DNA from: an uncultured Alphaproteobacteria bacterium
GTDB lineage: Bacteria > Pseudomonadota > Alphaproteobacteria > RF32 > CAG-239
Direction: 5' to 3'
DNA: 64,000 bases
NCBI GenBank assembly: GCA_944391415.1
Contig: CALXTM010000005.1
Span: forward strand, 17,433 to 81,432
Part shown: positions 28,183 to 37,430 of the stretch, piece after piece
Numbering within the stretch: position 1 is the first letter of the stretch
Layout: every line of letters starts with the position of its first letter
Notes under the pieces: generated by a model
What the model saw: only the letters and a program-made list of their open reading frames with translations
Database searches by the model: none
What the model was told of the DNA's origin: nothing
Program-made: the position numbers and the translations under genes

Positions 28183-28452
28183 TTATCTTCTGATATTAAG
28201 CTTAGAGATAATATTTTGATATCTGCTTTCGTCTTTTGCCTTCAGATAATCCAACAAGTGACGACGACGGGCAACTTTTTTCATCAAGCCCAAACGCGAG
28301 TGATTATCTTTGGCATGAACCTTAAAATGCTCAACCAAGTTGTTGATCTCGGCCGTCCAAATAGCAATTTGGACCTCCGGCGAACCTGTATCATTGGGAT
28401 TAAGACCATAAGCCTTAACTAATTCTTGTTTTTTTTCATTAGAAATCGACAT
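28183..28452 (-). CDS. rpsO: 30S ribosomal protein S15
   Basis: [33 protein letters not shown]...[20 protein letters not shown]. The ATG at 28452 lies inside the longer ORF 28183..28563. Confidence 0.95.
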   Translation of the reverse strand: MSISNEKKQELVKAYGLNPNDTGSPEVQIAIWTAEINNLVEHFKVHAKDNHSRLGLMKKVARRRHLLDYLKAKDESRYQNIISKLNIRR

Positions 28453-28471
28453 CGTATTTTCCTTTTTTCTT

Positions 28472-29380
28472 TTAACTATTAAACACGCGGATTGGCGAAA
28501 TTTTTCTTTCTTCAACCCTGACAATTGCCACCAAATCGTCTCTAAAGACTGCCGCTGCCTCACACCCTATTATGTTTTGTATTTCATAATTTTTGGGCGA
28601 AACTGCTTGTCCTTGCCTCAATTTAGCAGCATCTTCGTCCCTTACGGCAATGACCGTGATGTCGCACAGACATGTCAACAGGGGACGCAAAAATTTTTTG
28701 CGTTCTTGAACATACTCCATATTTTTTAAATTTTCCAGCAAAATCGTATCATCTATTCTAAATTTGCCGCATTTTGTCCGTCTCAAAGAGGTTAAATACC
28801 CCTTAGAGCCGAGTTTTTCCGCCAAATCAGCTCCCAAAGTCCTGACATAAGTACCTTTTGAGCAAACAACCCTAAATTTAGCCTCCGATTCGCTTACCCA
28901 GCCAAAAAAATCAAGCTTATAAATTGTGACGATTCGTTTTGGCATTGCCACATCTTGACCTTTGCGTGCCAGATCATAGGCTCGCTCACCGTTGATTTTA
29001 ATGGCCGAAAATTTTGGTGGTATCTGTTCTACCTTGCCCACAAATTTGGGCAACACTGCCTTTATTTCTTCCTCAGTTGGGATTTTTGCCCCGTCCGATA
29101 CAATCTTTCCGGTCAAATCAAGCGTATCGGTCTCAGCCCCGAATTTTAGGACAAATTCATACTCTTTATCCCCGTCCGTTACATAAGCAATCAACTTGCA
29201 GGCCTCACCAAATGCAATCGGCAACACCCCACTGGCAAACGGATCAAGTGTCCCGGTGTGGCCGTTTTTTTTGGCCTCAAACAAATGCCTGGTTATATTA
29301 ACAACCGCAGTTGATCCCAAGCCTGTCGGCTTGTCAATTACCAACCAACCATTCACATCATTGCCTTTTTTGTGCCGCAT
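28472..29380 (-). CDS. truB: tRNA pseudouridine-55 synthase
   Basis: [13 protein letters not shown] and [15 protein letters not shown] (catalytic Asp motif). Confidence 0.93.
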   Translation of the reverse strand: MRHKKGNDVNGWLVIDKPTGLGSTAVVNITRHLFEAKKNGHTGTLDPFASGVLPIAFGEACKLIAYVTDGDKEYEFVLKFGAETDTLDLTGKIVSDGAKIPTEEEIKAVLPKFVGKVEQIPPKFSAIKINGERAYDLARKGQDVAMPKRIVTIYKLDFFGWVSESEAKFRVVCSKGTYVRTLGADLAEKLGSKGYLTSLRRTKCGKFRIDDTILLENLKNMEYVQERKKFLRPLLTCLCDITVIAVRDEDAAKLRQGQAVSPKNYEIQNIIGCEAAAVFRDDLVAIVRVEERKISPIRVFNS

Positions 29381-29449
29381 TAAACAATTCCTTTCTTTCG
29401 TTTTTAATAAGGCAAACTTGGCTCTGAGTCAATCTTAAAGCAAAACCTC

Positions 29450-29478
29450 TTGCCAAAGCAATTATTTATCTTTATATC
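29450..29478 (+). promoter_or_regulatory. Candidate promoter of rbfA
   Basis: TTGCCA (29450-29455), a 17-nt spacer, then TATATC (29473-29478). Confidence 0.35.
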
Positions 29479-29517
29479 TAAAAACAAATAGTTTATTCAA
29501 ATTGAAGGAGACCCATT

Positions 29518-29892
29518 ATGGCCGAGAAAGAACCATCCCAACGCCAACTTCGTGTTGCTCAAGAAATAAAAAAAATTATTGCTCGTTTTATTGACCGTGG
29601 CGAAGTTCATAATCTTGAGGGAATTGATACTCTGGTTACCATCACCAAAGTAACCGTTTCTCCTGATCTTAAATATTGCACGGTTTGGTTTATTGCCTCC
29701 AACAATGATTTACTGCAAGAAATTTTGGGCGGATTACAGCTCGCAGCCAACTTCTTTCGCAAACAGGTAGCATCTTTGACATCTCTGCGCTATGTTCCAG
29801 AAATCAATTTTCGGGTCGATAAATCATTTGAGGAGGTCGACAAAATTCAACGCCTGCTTCGACACCCGCATGTCGCCCAAGATCTAAAATAA
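29518..29892 (+). CDS. rbfA: Ribosome-binding factor A
   Basis: SQRQLRVAQEIKKIIARFI...VTITKVTVSPDLKYCTVWF. 124 aa. Confidence 0.9.
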   Translation: MAEKEPSQRQLRVAQEIKKIIARFIDRGEVHNLEGIDTLVTITKVTVSPDLKYCTVWFIASNNDLLQEILGGLQLAANFFRKQVASLTSLRYVPEINFRVDKSFEEVDKIQRLLRHPHVAQDLK

Positions 29893-29894
29893 AA

Positions 29895-29926
29895 CAAAAA
29901 AGCCTGGCAAAAACCAGGCTTTTTTG
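29895..29926. terminator. Bidirectional terminator between rbfA and fabG
   Basis: agcctgg (29901-29907) pairs with ccaggct (29914-29920), flanked by A- and T-runs. Confidence 0.7.
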
Positions 29927-29943
29927 GTTTGACCATTAGGTGG

Positions 29944-30681
29944 CTAAATCATAGCCATACCGCCATTAATATTAATTGTTTGGCCGGTAATATATTGTGC
30001 CTCGTCTGATGCCAAAAATACAACCACATTGGCAATATCTTGGGCTTCGCCGAGTTTTCCTTCCGGAATTTTGGCCAACAAAGCTTTTTTCACATCATCG
30101 CTCAACACATCGGTCATCGGAGTTCTGATAAATCCAGGAGCAATTGAGTTTACGGTAATTCCGCGCGAGGCAACCTCTTGTGCCAAGCACTTGTTCATGG
30201 CGATCATTCCGCCTTTAGATGCGGCATAGTTAGCCTGTCCGGCATTACCCATAACACCAACAACCGAGGCAATACCGATAATACGTCCTGATCTGCGTTT
30301 CATCATGCCTCTGATAACGCCTCTGGCCAACTTAAATCCGGCCGACAGGTTAACATCCAAAACCAATTGCCATTCTTCATCGCTCATGCGCATAAACAAA
30401 TTATCTCTGGTCAGTCCGGCATTGTTAACCAAAATATCGATTTGGCCGAATTTTGCCTCAACATCGGCCACCAACTTTTTAATAGCCTCGGAATCTGACA
30501 AATTGGCAACAAAAACCTCTACATCATTGCCCAATTCGGCTTTTAATTTTTCCATTGGCTCGGCGCGCATATCGGTCAATGCCAATTTAGCACCTTGCGC
30601 ATGCAACGTGCGTGCAATTTTATCACCAAGTCCGCCGGCAGCACCGGTAATCAAAGCAACTTTGCCATCTAATCTGAACAT
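29944..30681 (-). CDS. fabG: 3-oxoacyl-ACP reductase
   Basis: The ATG at 30681 gives MFRLDGKVALITGAAGGLG. NNAG, the YAASKGG catalytic motif and a C-terminal GGMAMI are present. Confidence 0.88.
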   Translation of the reverse strand: MFRLDGKVALITGAAGGLGDKIARTLHAQGAKLALTDMRAEPMEKLKAELGNDVEVFVANLSDSEAIKKLVADVEAKFGQIDILVNNAGLTRDNLFMRMSDEEWQLVLDVNLSAGFKLARGVIRGMMKRRSGRIIGIASVVGVMGNAGQANYAASKGGMIAMNKCLAQEVASRGITVNSIAPGFIRTPMTDVLSDDVKKALLAKIPEGKLGEAQDIANVVVFLASDEAQYITGQTININGGMAMI

Positions 30682-30860
30682 TTTATTTTCCTTTTTTCCA
30701 AAAAATTTCAACTGGCTAGAGTTTGAATTAAACCCGTATCAAAGTCAAGCTTTTTGCATCAGTTATAAAATATAAAAACATTAACAGATTATTGATAATT
30801 TCGGCTCTATAATATTGTCCGTATAAAAATTTAGCAAAAATAAACGGAAAGAATAAATCT

Positions 30861-33137
30861 ATGGCCAAACGAAAGAAAGATAAATCGATTATTGCTCGTC
30901 TTGCAGTCATAAGCCTGGGGCTTTTGCTTATTGTATTTGATCTTGCGCTGATAGCAAGTTGCCTTACCTATCATGCCGCCGATGCCGGCTACAATGTCGC
31001 CAATTCTGCCCCCTTACACAACTTGCTTGGCTCTTTTGGCGCATATTCTTCGGGACTTATGCTGAGTTGGTTTGGCTTGGCTCTGCCGTTGTTTTTGATT
31101 GCACCTTTGGTTTGGGGCTATGAAATTATCCGCTACAAAACTTTCATCCACCCCTTTGGCCGCATTTTTGCTTTTGTATTGGGTTTTTTCTGCCTTGCCA
31201 TATTTATTAACCTGTGTTTTGGTGAGATCAACGGTTTCAAAACCGGTGGCAACATCGGGGTGTTCTTCTCTCGTCAATTTTTATCCGTGTCGTCTCGTAT
31301 CTATGATTTTGCCTACAACAACTGGATTATTGCCGCTTTTATGTTTATGTTTGCGCTCATCTCGTTTGATTATGCCGCTGGTATTACTTTAGGCGGCTGG
31401 TATAAATCAATCAAAAAAATAGTTTTAATGCTTTGGGCTTGCATTACCTGGCTTTGCCGCAGTGGCAAAAAGGTGTATACTTTTGCCGGCAACACCAAGA
31501 CAAAGCTTTCTGCCGCAACCACCACCTCGCCTACTCATAAGCGTCGCGAACCTCGTCTCAAAGATGAAAACTCTGCTCCCAAACCGGCCGACACCATCAA
31601 AATTGCCAAGAAAACACCAGCCAAGCTTGACGATGGATATTCTTTCCCTGACATCAATTTGCTCTCAAGTGCTAAAGACAAAACTGCCCAACACCTAAGT
31701 CAAAAAGAGCTGGAAAAAGTCGCAGCCAAGTTAGAAGAGGTTTTGCAAGAATTCGGGGTCTCTGGCAAAATAGTGCAGATTCGCCCGGGCCCTGTTGTCA
31801 CTCTTTATGAGCTTGAGCCAGCCCCCGGCACCAAGACCGCGCGTGTTATTGGCCTGTCTGATGATATTGCCCGTTCAATGAGCGCCGTCTCGGTTCGTAT
31901 TGCGGTTGTACCTGGCTCCAACACCATTGGTATTGAGCTGCCAAACTCCACCCGCGAGATTGTTTATCTGCGTGATTTGTTGGATTGTGATGATTTCAAA
32001 AACTCCAAAGCGGCTCTGACCATCAGCCTTGGCAAAGACATCGGTGGCAAAAACACCTATGCCGACCTTGCCAAAATGCCCCACCTTTTGGTTGCCGGTA
32101 CCACCGGATCAGGCAAATCGGTCGGTGTCAACTCAATGATTATCTCCCTTTTGTACCGCATGCGGCCTGAAGAATGCAAACTCATAATGATCGACCCCAA
32201 AATGCTAGAGTTTACCATGTATAATGGTATTCCGCATTTGCTCACCCCGGTTATTACCGATCCTGCCAAAGCGGTCATCGGGCTCAAATGGGCAGTCAAA
32301 GAGATGGAAGACCGCTATCGTGCCATGGCCCAACTCAATGTTCGCAACATCACCGGTTATAATCAACGCCTGGAAGAATTGCGCACCTCGGGTGAAAAAA
32401 TAACCCGCACCGTCCAAACCGGCTTTGATATGGAGACCGGCAAACCGATTTTTGAAGAGCAAGAGCTTGATTTGACCCCAATGCCTTATATTGTGATTGT
32501 GGTTGATGAAATGGCCGATTTGATGTTGGTTGCCGGCAAAGATGTTGAGGCGGCAATCCAACGCCTGGCGCAGATGGCGCGCGCCGCAGGCATTCACCTG
32601 ATTATGTCGACCCAGCGTCCGTCGGTAGATGTCATCACCGGCACCATCAAAGCCAACTTCCCCACTCGTATCAGCTATCAGGTAACCTCCAAAATCGACA
32701 GCCGCACCATCTTGGGCGAACAGGGCGCCGAGCAATTGCTTGGCATGGGCGATATGCTTTATATGCCGGCCGGCCAACGCCCACGTCGTATTCACGCTCC
32801 TTTTGTCAAAGACAGCGAAGTCGAAAAGATTGTCGAGTTTCTAAAATCGCAACGCCAGCCTGAGTATGTCGATGCCGTAACCGAAGGCGAGCTAAACGAG
32901 GGCAAGTCATCCTCAGGCGGTGCCGTGTTTGACAATTCTGACTTTGGCTCCGGCAGCGATGACGATTTATACCGCCAAGCAGTTCAAATTGTCCAAAACG
33001 ACAAAAAAGCGTCCATCAGCTATGTTCAACGACGCTTGCGTATTGGCTACAACCGTGCTGCTTCCATTATCGATCGTATGGAAGAAGAAGGTATCGTCTC
33101 GGCTGCAGATCATGTCGGCCGCCGCGAAGTTTTGTAA
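30861..33137 (+). CDS. ftsK: DNA translocase FtsK
   Basis: N-terminal TM helices, Walker A GTTGSGKSV, Walker B IVIVVDEMADL, and a C-terminal gamma wHTH domain (ASISYVQRRLRIGYNRAA). Confidence 0.95.
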   Translation: MAKRKKDKSIIARLAVISLGLLLIVFDLALIASCLTYHAADAGYNVANSAPLHNLLGSFGAYSSGLMLSWFGLALPLFLIAPLVWGYEIIRYKTFIHPFGRIFAFVLGFFCLAIFINLCFGEINGFKTGGNIGVFFSRQFLSVSSRIYDFAYNNWIIAAFMFMFALISFDYAAGITLGGWYKSIKKIVLMLWACITWLCRSGKKVYTFAGNTKTKLSAATTTSPTHKRREPRLKDENSAPKPADTIKIAKKTPAKLDDGYSFPDINLLSSAKDKTAQHLSQKELEKVAAKLEEVLQEFGVSGKIVQIRPGPVVTLYELEPAPGTKTARVIGLSDDIARSMSAVSVRIAVVPGSNTIGIELPNSTREIVYLRDLLDCDDFKNSKAALTISLGKDIGGKNTYADLAKMPHLLVAGTTGSGKSVGVNSMIISLLYRMRPEECKLIMIDPKMLEFTMYNGIPHLLTPVITDPAKAVIGLKWAVKEMEDRYRAMAQLNVRNITGYNQRLEELRTSGEKITRTVQTGFDMETGKPIFEEQELDLTPMPYIVIVVDEMADLMLVAGKDVEAAIQRLAQMARAAGIHLIMSTQRPSVDVITGTIKANFPTRISYQVTSKIDSRTILGEQGAEQLLGMGDMLYMPAGQRPRRIHAPFVKDSEVEKIVEFLKSQRQPEYVDAVTEGELNEGKSSSGGAVFDNSDFGSGSDDDLYRQAVQIVQNDKKASISYVQRRLRIGYNRAASIIDRMEEEGIVSAADHVGRREVL

Positions 33138-33166
33138 GCTAAATATATATTGCAGACAATTTTTCG

Positions 33167-33200
33167 GCCTCTCGCCTTTTTGCGATTAATAGCCCATTAT
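33167..33200. repeat. Direct repeat copy A (duplicate of the smpB 3' end and downstream sequence)
   Basis: The 34 nt cctctcgcctttttgcgattaatagcccattata are identical to 33335-33368. Confidence 0.9.
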
Positions 33201-33282
33201 AAAGCTAAGAAAACTCTCGGATAAAATGGATTTGCAGACAACTGTATCAACAGAAAAATGCGGATAATAAGGCTAGTAAAAG

Positions 33283-33340
33283 CAAAAAAAGAGGGTTGAA
33301 AATTTTAGCGTACAAAAAGTTACGTGAATTTTCAACCTCT
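33283..33340 (-). terminator. smpB terminator
   Basis: Minus-strand stem gaggttgaaaatt / aattttcaaccctc with a loop of about 20 nt, followed by T7. Confidence 0.6.
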
Positions 33341-33368
33341 CGCCTTTTTGCGATTAATAGCCCATTAT
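33335..33368. repeat. Direct repeat copy B (overlaps the last 5 codons and stop of smpB)
   Basis: Identical to 33167-33200. Confidence 0.9.
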
Positions 33369-33833
33369 ACGCATTTTTCTATCAAGTTCGCGATTCTTAA
33401 TAGCCTCTCTCTTATCATAATTCTTCTTGCCGCGGCCAAGTCCAACCTCTAATTTGGCACGTCCGCGATTATCAAAAAACAAACGCAATGCCACCAAGGT
33501 TGCCCCTTTGCGTGAGAGAGCATTGATAATATCAATTATTTCTTTTTTCTTTAACAACAATTTGCGTTCGCGTTTTTCGGCATGCGATGAATATCCCTTG
33601 TTACTGTATTCGGCAATAAACATATTAGAAATAAAAATCTCGCCATCATGCTCCACACCAAATGCCTCATTAATATTGGCGTGTCCAAGGCGCAAAGATT
33701 TAACCTCGGTTCCCACAAGCTGCAATCCCGCCACAAATTTTTCTTCAATCAAATAGTCAAAATTAGCTCTCCGATTTTGCGCTATCAACCCGGTTGCAAT
33801 AAAATCCGACTTTGTTTTCTTTGCCTTTGCCAT
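33354..33833 (-). CDS. smpB: SsrA-binding protein
   Basis: IAQNRRANFDYLIEEKFVAGLQLVGTEVKSLR. 159 aa. Confidence 0.95.
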   Translation of the reverse strand: MAKAKKTKSDFIATGLIAQNRRANFDYLIEEKFVAGLQLVGTEVKSLRLGHANINEAFGVEHDGEIFISNMFIAEYSNKGYSSHAEKRERKLLLKKKEIIDIINALSRKGATLVALRLFFDNRGRAKLEVGLGRGKKNYDKREAIKNRELDRKMRIMGY

Positions 33834-33834
33834 C

Positions 33835-34884
33835 TTATTCTTTCAATTTATTATAGATTGCCCGTCTTGCTTTATACGGCAGCCCGCAATTGCGATATTT
33901 TTGGTGCTCGTTTACAAATAACTCCCAATCTTGCTTGCGCATCACCACTCCGCTTTTATCTTGCGGCACAATCCACAATCTTTTTGCTGCCATAAATAAC
34001 TCACATCCGCCCAAAGTGCAACCCCTAAAATCATCACCTTTATTCAACACCCGCTCTGTTTCATAGGCTTCCGGACGATACTCGGCACGACCGATTTCTT
34101 TGACTAATTTTCCCAACAGCGGCAGCGCAATTTCGTGAGGCAAATTTTTTAATTTCGCCCATGACAAACAAAAAACCGCCCCATCAAAATTTCTTACATA
34201 ATTTTTAATAAAGTCATTTACTTCTGCCTCAATAAAATCTCTTGTCTTTGCCAAAACAGCAGCTGTATCGGCCAAACGTTTTTCATCAATACCAATCTCT
34301 GCCAACTTGGGCAAAAACTTGCGGATTTTAACTCTGGCAAAATCTTCATCTTCATTCATCGGGTCTTCCACCCAACTAATATTTTTCTTTTGCAAATATT
34401 TTTTCAGCTCTTCCGGCGTTTTATCAAGTTGCGGCCTAATCAGCGTTATGCCATTGCGCTCGCTCAACGGCAAAATTCCACTCAGCCCAAACACCCCGCT
34501 GCCGCGCGCCAACCGCAACAAGAATGTCTCTGCTTGGTCCCGCATATGATGCCCGGTTGCCAAATATTTAATCCCCTGTTTGCGGCAAAATTCAAACATC
34601 AAGCGATAACGCTCCTTGCGGGCAGCCTCTTCCACACCGCTAACAGGTTTCCTGCCCTGCCATACCAATATATGATGTTCAATCTTGTTTTTTGCCATTA
34701 TATTGGCGACATATTTGGCCTCTGCGGCAGATTCTTGGCGCAGACCATGATCAACCGTTAGTGCCACCACTTGGCAACCTGCCTCTTTTAACCCCAAGGC
34801 TAACGCCAGTGAATCTGCTCCGCCGGAAACTCCAGCCGCAATCACCTTGCCCATCAAATTATATTTTTTGATAAAATCTTTCAT
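33835..34884 (-). CDS. tilS: tRNA(Ile)-lysidine synthase
   Basis: PP-loop SGGADSLAL and LATGHHMRDQAETFLLRLARGSG. Confidence 0.9.
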   Translation of the reverse strand: MKDFIKKYNLMGKVIAAGVSGGADSLALALGLKEAGCQVVALTVDHGLRQESAAEAKYVANIMAKNKIEHHILVWQGRKPVSGVEEAARKERYRLMFEFCRKQGIKYLATGHHMRDQAETFLLRLARGSGVFGLSGILPLSERNGITLIRPQLDKTPEELKKYLQKKNISWVEDPMNEDEDFARVKIRKFLPKLAEIGIDEKRLADTAAVLAKTRDFIEAEVNDFIKNYVRNFDGAVFCLSWAKLKNLPHEIALPLLGKLVKEIGRAEYRPEAYETERVLNKGDDFRGCTLGGCELFMAAKRLWIVPQDKSGVVMRKQDWELFVNEHQKYRNCGLPYKARRAIYNKLKE

Positions 34885-34886
34885 TC

Positions 34887-35735
34887 CTAATTTTTACATT
34901 CAAGCTCTTTGGCCGATTTTGCCGCCTTGTCCTTTAAGTTAGCCGGAGCATTCGGAAATTCTTTTGGCAAATTAACAAACGCCGTACATGCCTCTTCTTT
35001 TTTGCCAAGCATCTGCATTGACATTCCCAATTTCAGAATATTATCAGCTCCCTTATTGCTGTCCTTATATTTTTCATACCCCTTGGCAAAAGCGACTGCC
35101 GCTTTGGTATAATCTTTTTTACCATAGTAAGATTCTCCCAACCAATATTGGGCATTAGCGGCCAATTTATGCTCCGGGAATTTGGTTAATACGGTAGTAA
35201 ATTTTTCGGCTGCTTCATCATTTTTGCCGGCATTAATGGCATCAAGCCCTTCTTGATATATTTCCTCGGCAGTTTTAGTTGCGACTTGTGGCAAATCATC
35301 ACCTTTGGCAATAGCTCCGCCAACCACTGCCGCCGGAGCACCATGCGCCACCGGAGCATCAAACTTCTTAGCAGGAGAGTTTGTCCCCACACCATCGCTG
35401 TCAATTGGCTTTCCCTCAATCATCTTCAGGCGCACATCAACATCTTTGTTGATCATGTTGATTTTTTCTTCCAGGCTTTTAATCTTATACTCAATCATAT
35501 CAATCTTACCGACCATATTACGCAAGCTCTCATCCATCTCGCCCAATTTAACCACAAAATTCTGCGCCGATCCTTCTGCCATCTCGTCTTTATTACGATA
35601 CATTTGCCTTTGCATAACTTGCAAATCTTCTTTTATATTATCAATTTGTCGTTGCAAAGCATTATCCGAAACGGCATTTGCTTTCTCCATCGACAGCAAC
35701 AACAAACCGGCCACAATCAACGCTGTTTTTTTCAT
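34887..35735 (-). CDS. cpoB: Tol-Pal system protein YbgF/CpoB
   Basis: Signal peptide, N-terminal coiled coil and C-terminal TPR repeats (AQYWLGESYYGKKDY). It lies next to pal. Confidence 0.8.
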   Translation of the reverse strand: MKKTALIVAGLLLLSMEKANAVSDNALQRQIDNIKEDLQVMQRQMYRNKDEMAEGSAQNFVVKLGEMDESLRNMVGKIDMIEYKIKSLEEKINMINKDVDVRLKMIEGKPIDSDGVGTNSPAKKFDAPVAHGAPAAVVGGAIAKGDDLPQVATKTAEEIYQEGLDAINAGKNDEAAEKFTTVLTKFPEHKLAANAQYWLGESYYGKKDYTKAAVAFAKGYEKYKDSNKGADNILKLGMSMQMLGKKEEACTAFVNLPKEFPNAPANLKDKAAKSAKELECKN

Positions 35736-35808
35736 AATACCACATCTCCGCTTTTTATAAATTACAATTACTGCCTAATTTAAAACAAAAGCATCCAAAT
35801 CACAAGCT

Positions 35809-35850
35809 AAAAAAATCATGCCCCCAACCTCTAACGGCCGAAGGCATGAT
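35809..35850 (-). terminator. pal terminator
   Basis: Minus-strand stem atcatgcc / ggcatgat followed by T7. Confidence 0.55.
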
Positions 35851-35883
35851 ATTTTGGTCTAAAACCTCTGTAAAAGATACAGA

Positions 35884-36342
35884 CTAATTGCCTGCAACTA
35901 CAGTAACAGCACGACGGTTCTGAGCCCAAGCAGCTTCGTTGCTGCCCAAAACAGCCGGTCTTTCTTTACCGTAAGAGATTACGGAAATTCTGTCAGCGGC
36001 AACACCTTTAGAAACCAAGTATTGTTTTACGGCATTGGCACGTCTTTCACCCAAAGCCAAGTTGTATTCTCTGGTACCTCTTTCATCGCAATAGCCTTGA
36101 ACTACAACTTTAACTTCTTCATGGTCTTTCAACCATTTAACCTGAGTATCCAAAACCTCGGCAGCATCCAAAGAAATGGCAGAGCTGTCAAAAGCAAAGA
36201 ATACTCTGTCCTCGGCATTTTCCATAAAATCACGAGCCATTTTTGATTCGCATTCGCTACCGCCGAACAAAGAGCTCTCGCTCATTGTTGAGCATGCAGA
36301 CAAAGCCAAAACGGCGCAAAACATACTTAAAAGCTTTTTCAT
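35884..36342 (-). CDS. pal: Peptidoglycan-associated lipoprotein Pal
   Basis: The ATG at 36342 follows ggaga. Lipobox LALSAC and an OmpA-like domain are present (GYCDERGTREYNLALGERRANAV, NRRAV). Confidence 0.92.
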   Translation of the reverse strand: MKKLLSMFCAVLALSACSTMSESSLFGGSECESKMARDFMENAEDRVFFAFDSSAISLDAAEVLDTQVKWLKDHEEVKVVVQGYCDERGTREYNLALGERRANAVKQYLVSKGVAADRISVISYGKERPAVLGSNEAAWAQNRRAVTVVAGN

Positions 36343-36573
36343 TTTATATTCTCCATATGGGTTTTTAATTTTGTTATAGTTGCAAAACAACTAATACATT
36401 TTTAACTTAAGCAATAAAAACTTAATTTTCAATAACAAAAGTAGTTATAAATCAAAAAAGTTAACAATTTGATTATAAAACTGCTTTTTATATTATAAAA
36501 ATCAAATTTTCTATTCATCAGATAATCTTAAAGTTCTATCCTTTCACCCTGAACTTTAGTTAAGTTTTTTTAA

Positions 36574-36610
36574 ACGCCAAAAGGCGTTGAATCTCTTCAA
36601 CGCCTTTTTT
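36574..36610. terminator. Hairpin terminator downstream of the orphan gene 36612..37277
   Basis: ggcgttgaa (36583-36591) pairs with ttcaacgcc (36596-36604), with T-runs on both strands. Confidence 0.6.
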
Positions 36611-36611
36611 G

Positions 36612-37277
36612 CTAGTACCTATCGTAGCACCCCTCCTTTGCGGTAGGATAGAAACGAATTTCTCCGCCTATCATAAACCGCTTTTCCGGGGTAGTTATCT
36701 CTGCCGGCATGTCTTTCGGGGCAACCACAAAAGTCACTCCATTCAGGAGCGACATACAGATAACCTTCATTTCCCCTGCCATCTTGGCGGTCCACACCCT
36801 ATAAGGATTCTCCCGATGGGTGAACTTGATGAGTTTCACACCTTGATACTCCAGCTCATCCAAGCCGAAGAAGTTCGCCATTTGCTCTGCCGCTTTTTGC
36901 GCTTCTTCTGCCACGAGGACTGTTTCATCGTCAATCAGCGGAACCAATTTACCTCCGTCAAACAGATATGACTTGCTGACATAGACATAAGGGATCCGAA
37001 GCGGACTCGGCACATCAACCGCCATATTACCACATATTGACTGCGGGCCGGGATTGATAATAATTTCCTCATCATGCGGAAATTTGCCCAGCTGTGCCAC
37101 GACAATTCCCTTTGTTATATCGGGCAACGGCTCGCCATAAATCCTTTCATACGCGCGAGAGACATTTTTCTCAATTGCCTTGATTTTCTCCGCTCTGGTT
37201 GTGTGAGCAGATGCTTGACTGACCCCACCGTTCCAATCAATCGATGCCTGATTGAACCCGTTAATGTAATTTGCCAT
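36612..37277 (-). CDS. Hypothetical protein (orphan, 221 aa)
   Basis: Long ORF with no TM helix or signal peptide and no recognisable family. It occupies the position upstream of pal where tolB is usually found. Confidence 0.5.
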   Translation of the reverse strand: MANYINGFNQASIDWNGGVSQASAHTTRAEKIKAIEKNVSRAYERIYGEPLPDITKGIVVAQLGKFPHDEEIIINPGPQSICGNMAVDVPSPLRIPYVYVSKSYLFDGGKLVPLIDDETVLVAEEAQKAAEQMANFFGLDELEYQGVKLIKFTHRENPYRVWTAKMAGEMKVICMSLLNGVTFVVAPKDMPAEITTPEKRFMIGGEIRFYPTAKEGCYDRY

Positions 37278-37430
37278 AGGATTTAAAATTTTTTAATTAC
37301 ATCGAGCCTAAAAGAGCACTACCGTAGCACCTGAAACATGACCCAATAATATTTTCATAATTTTTTTATAAACGCCTTTTTACCACTATTAGACAAAACG
37401 GTCAATAGTTTTGTACAAATATTTTAAATT

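Noticed and set aside
28183-28563. A 126-aa extended S15 ORF overlapping the truB 3' end.
   Set aside because: S15 homology begins at the internal ATG (28452). The N-terminal 37 residues are read-through of the truB C-terminal region in another frame.
36612-37277. A base-composition (G+C) anomaly marking the orphan gene as horizontally acquired.
   Set aside because: Hand counts of a few 60-nt lines gave 48-53% G+C for the ORF. The neighbouring pal gene gave about 50% and trmL about 43%. The difference is not convincing without a proper calculation.
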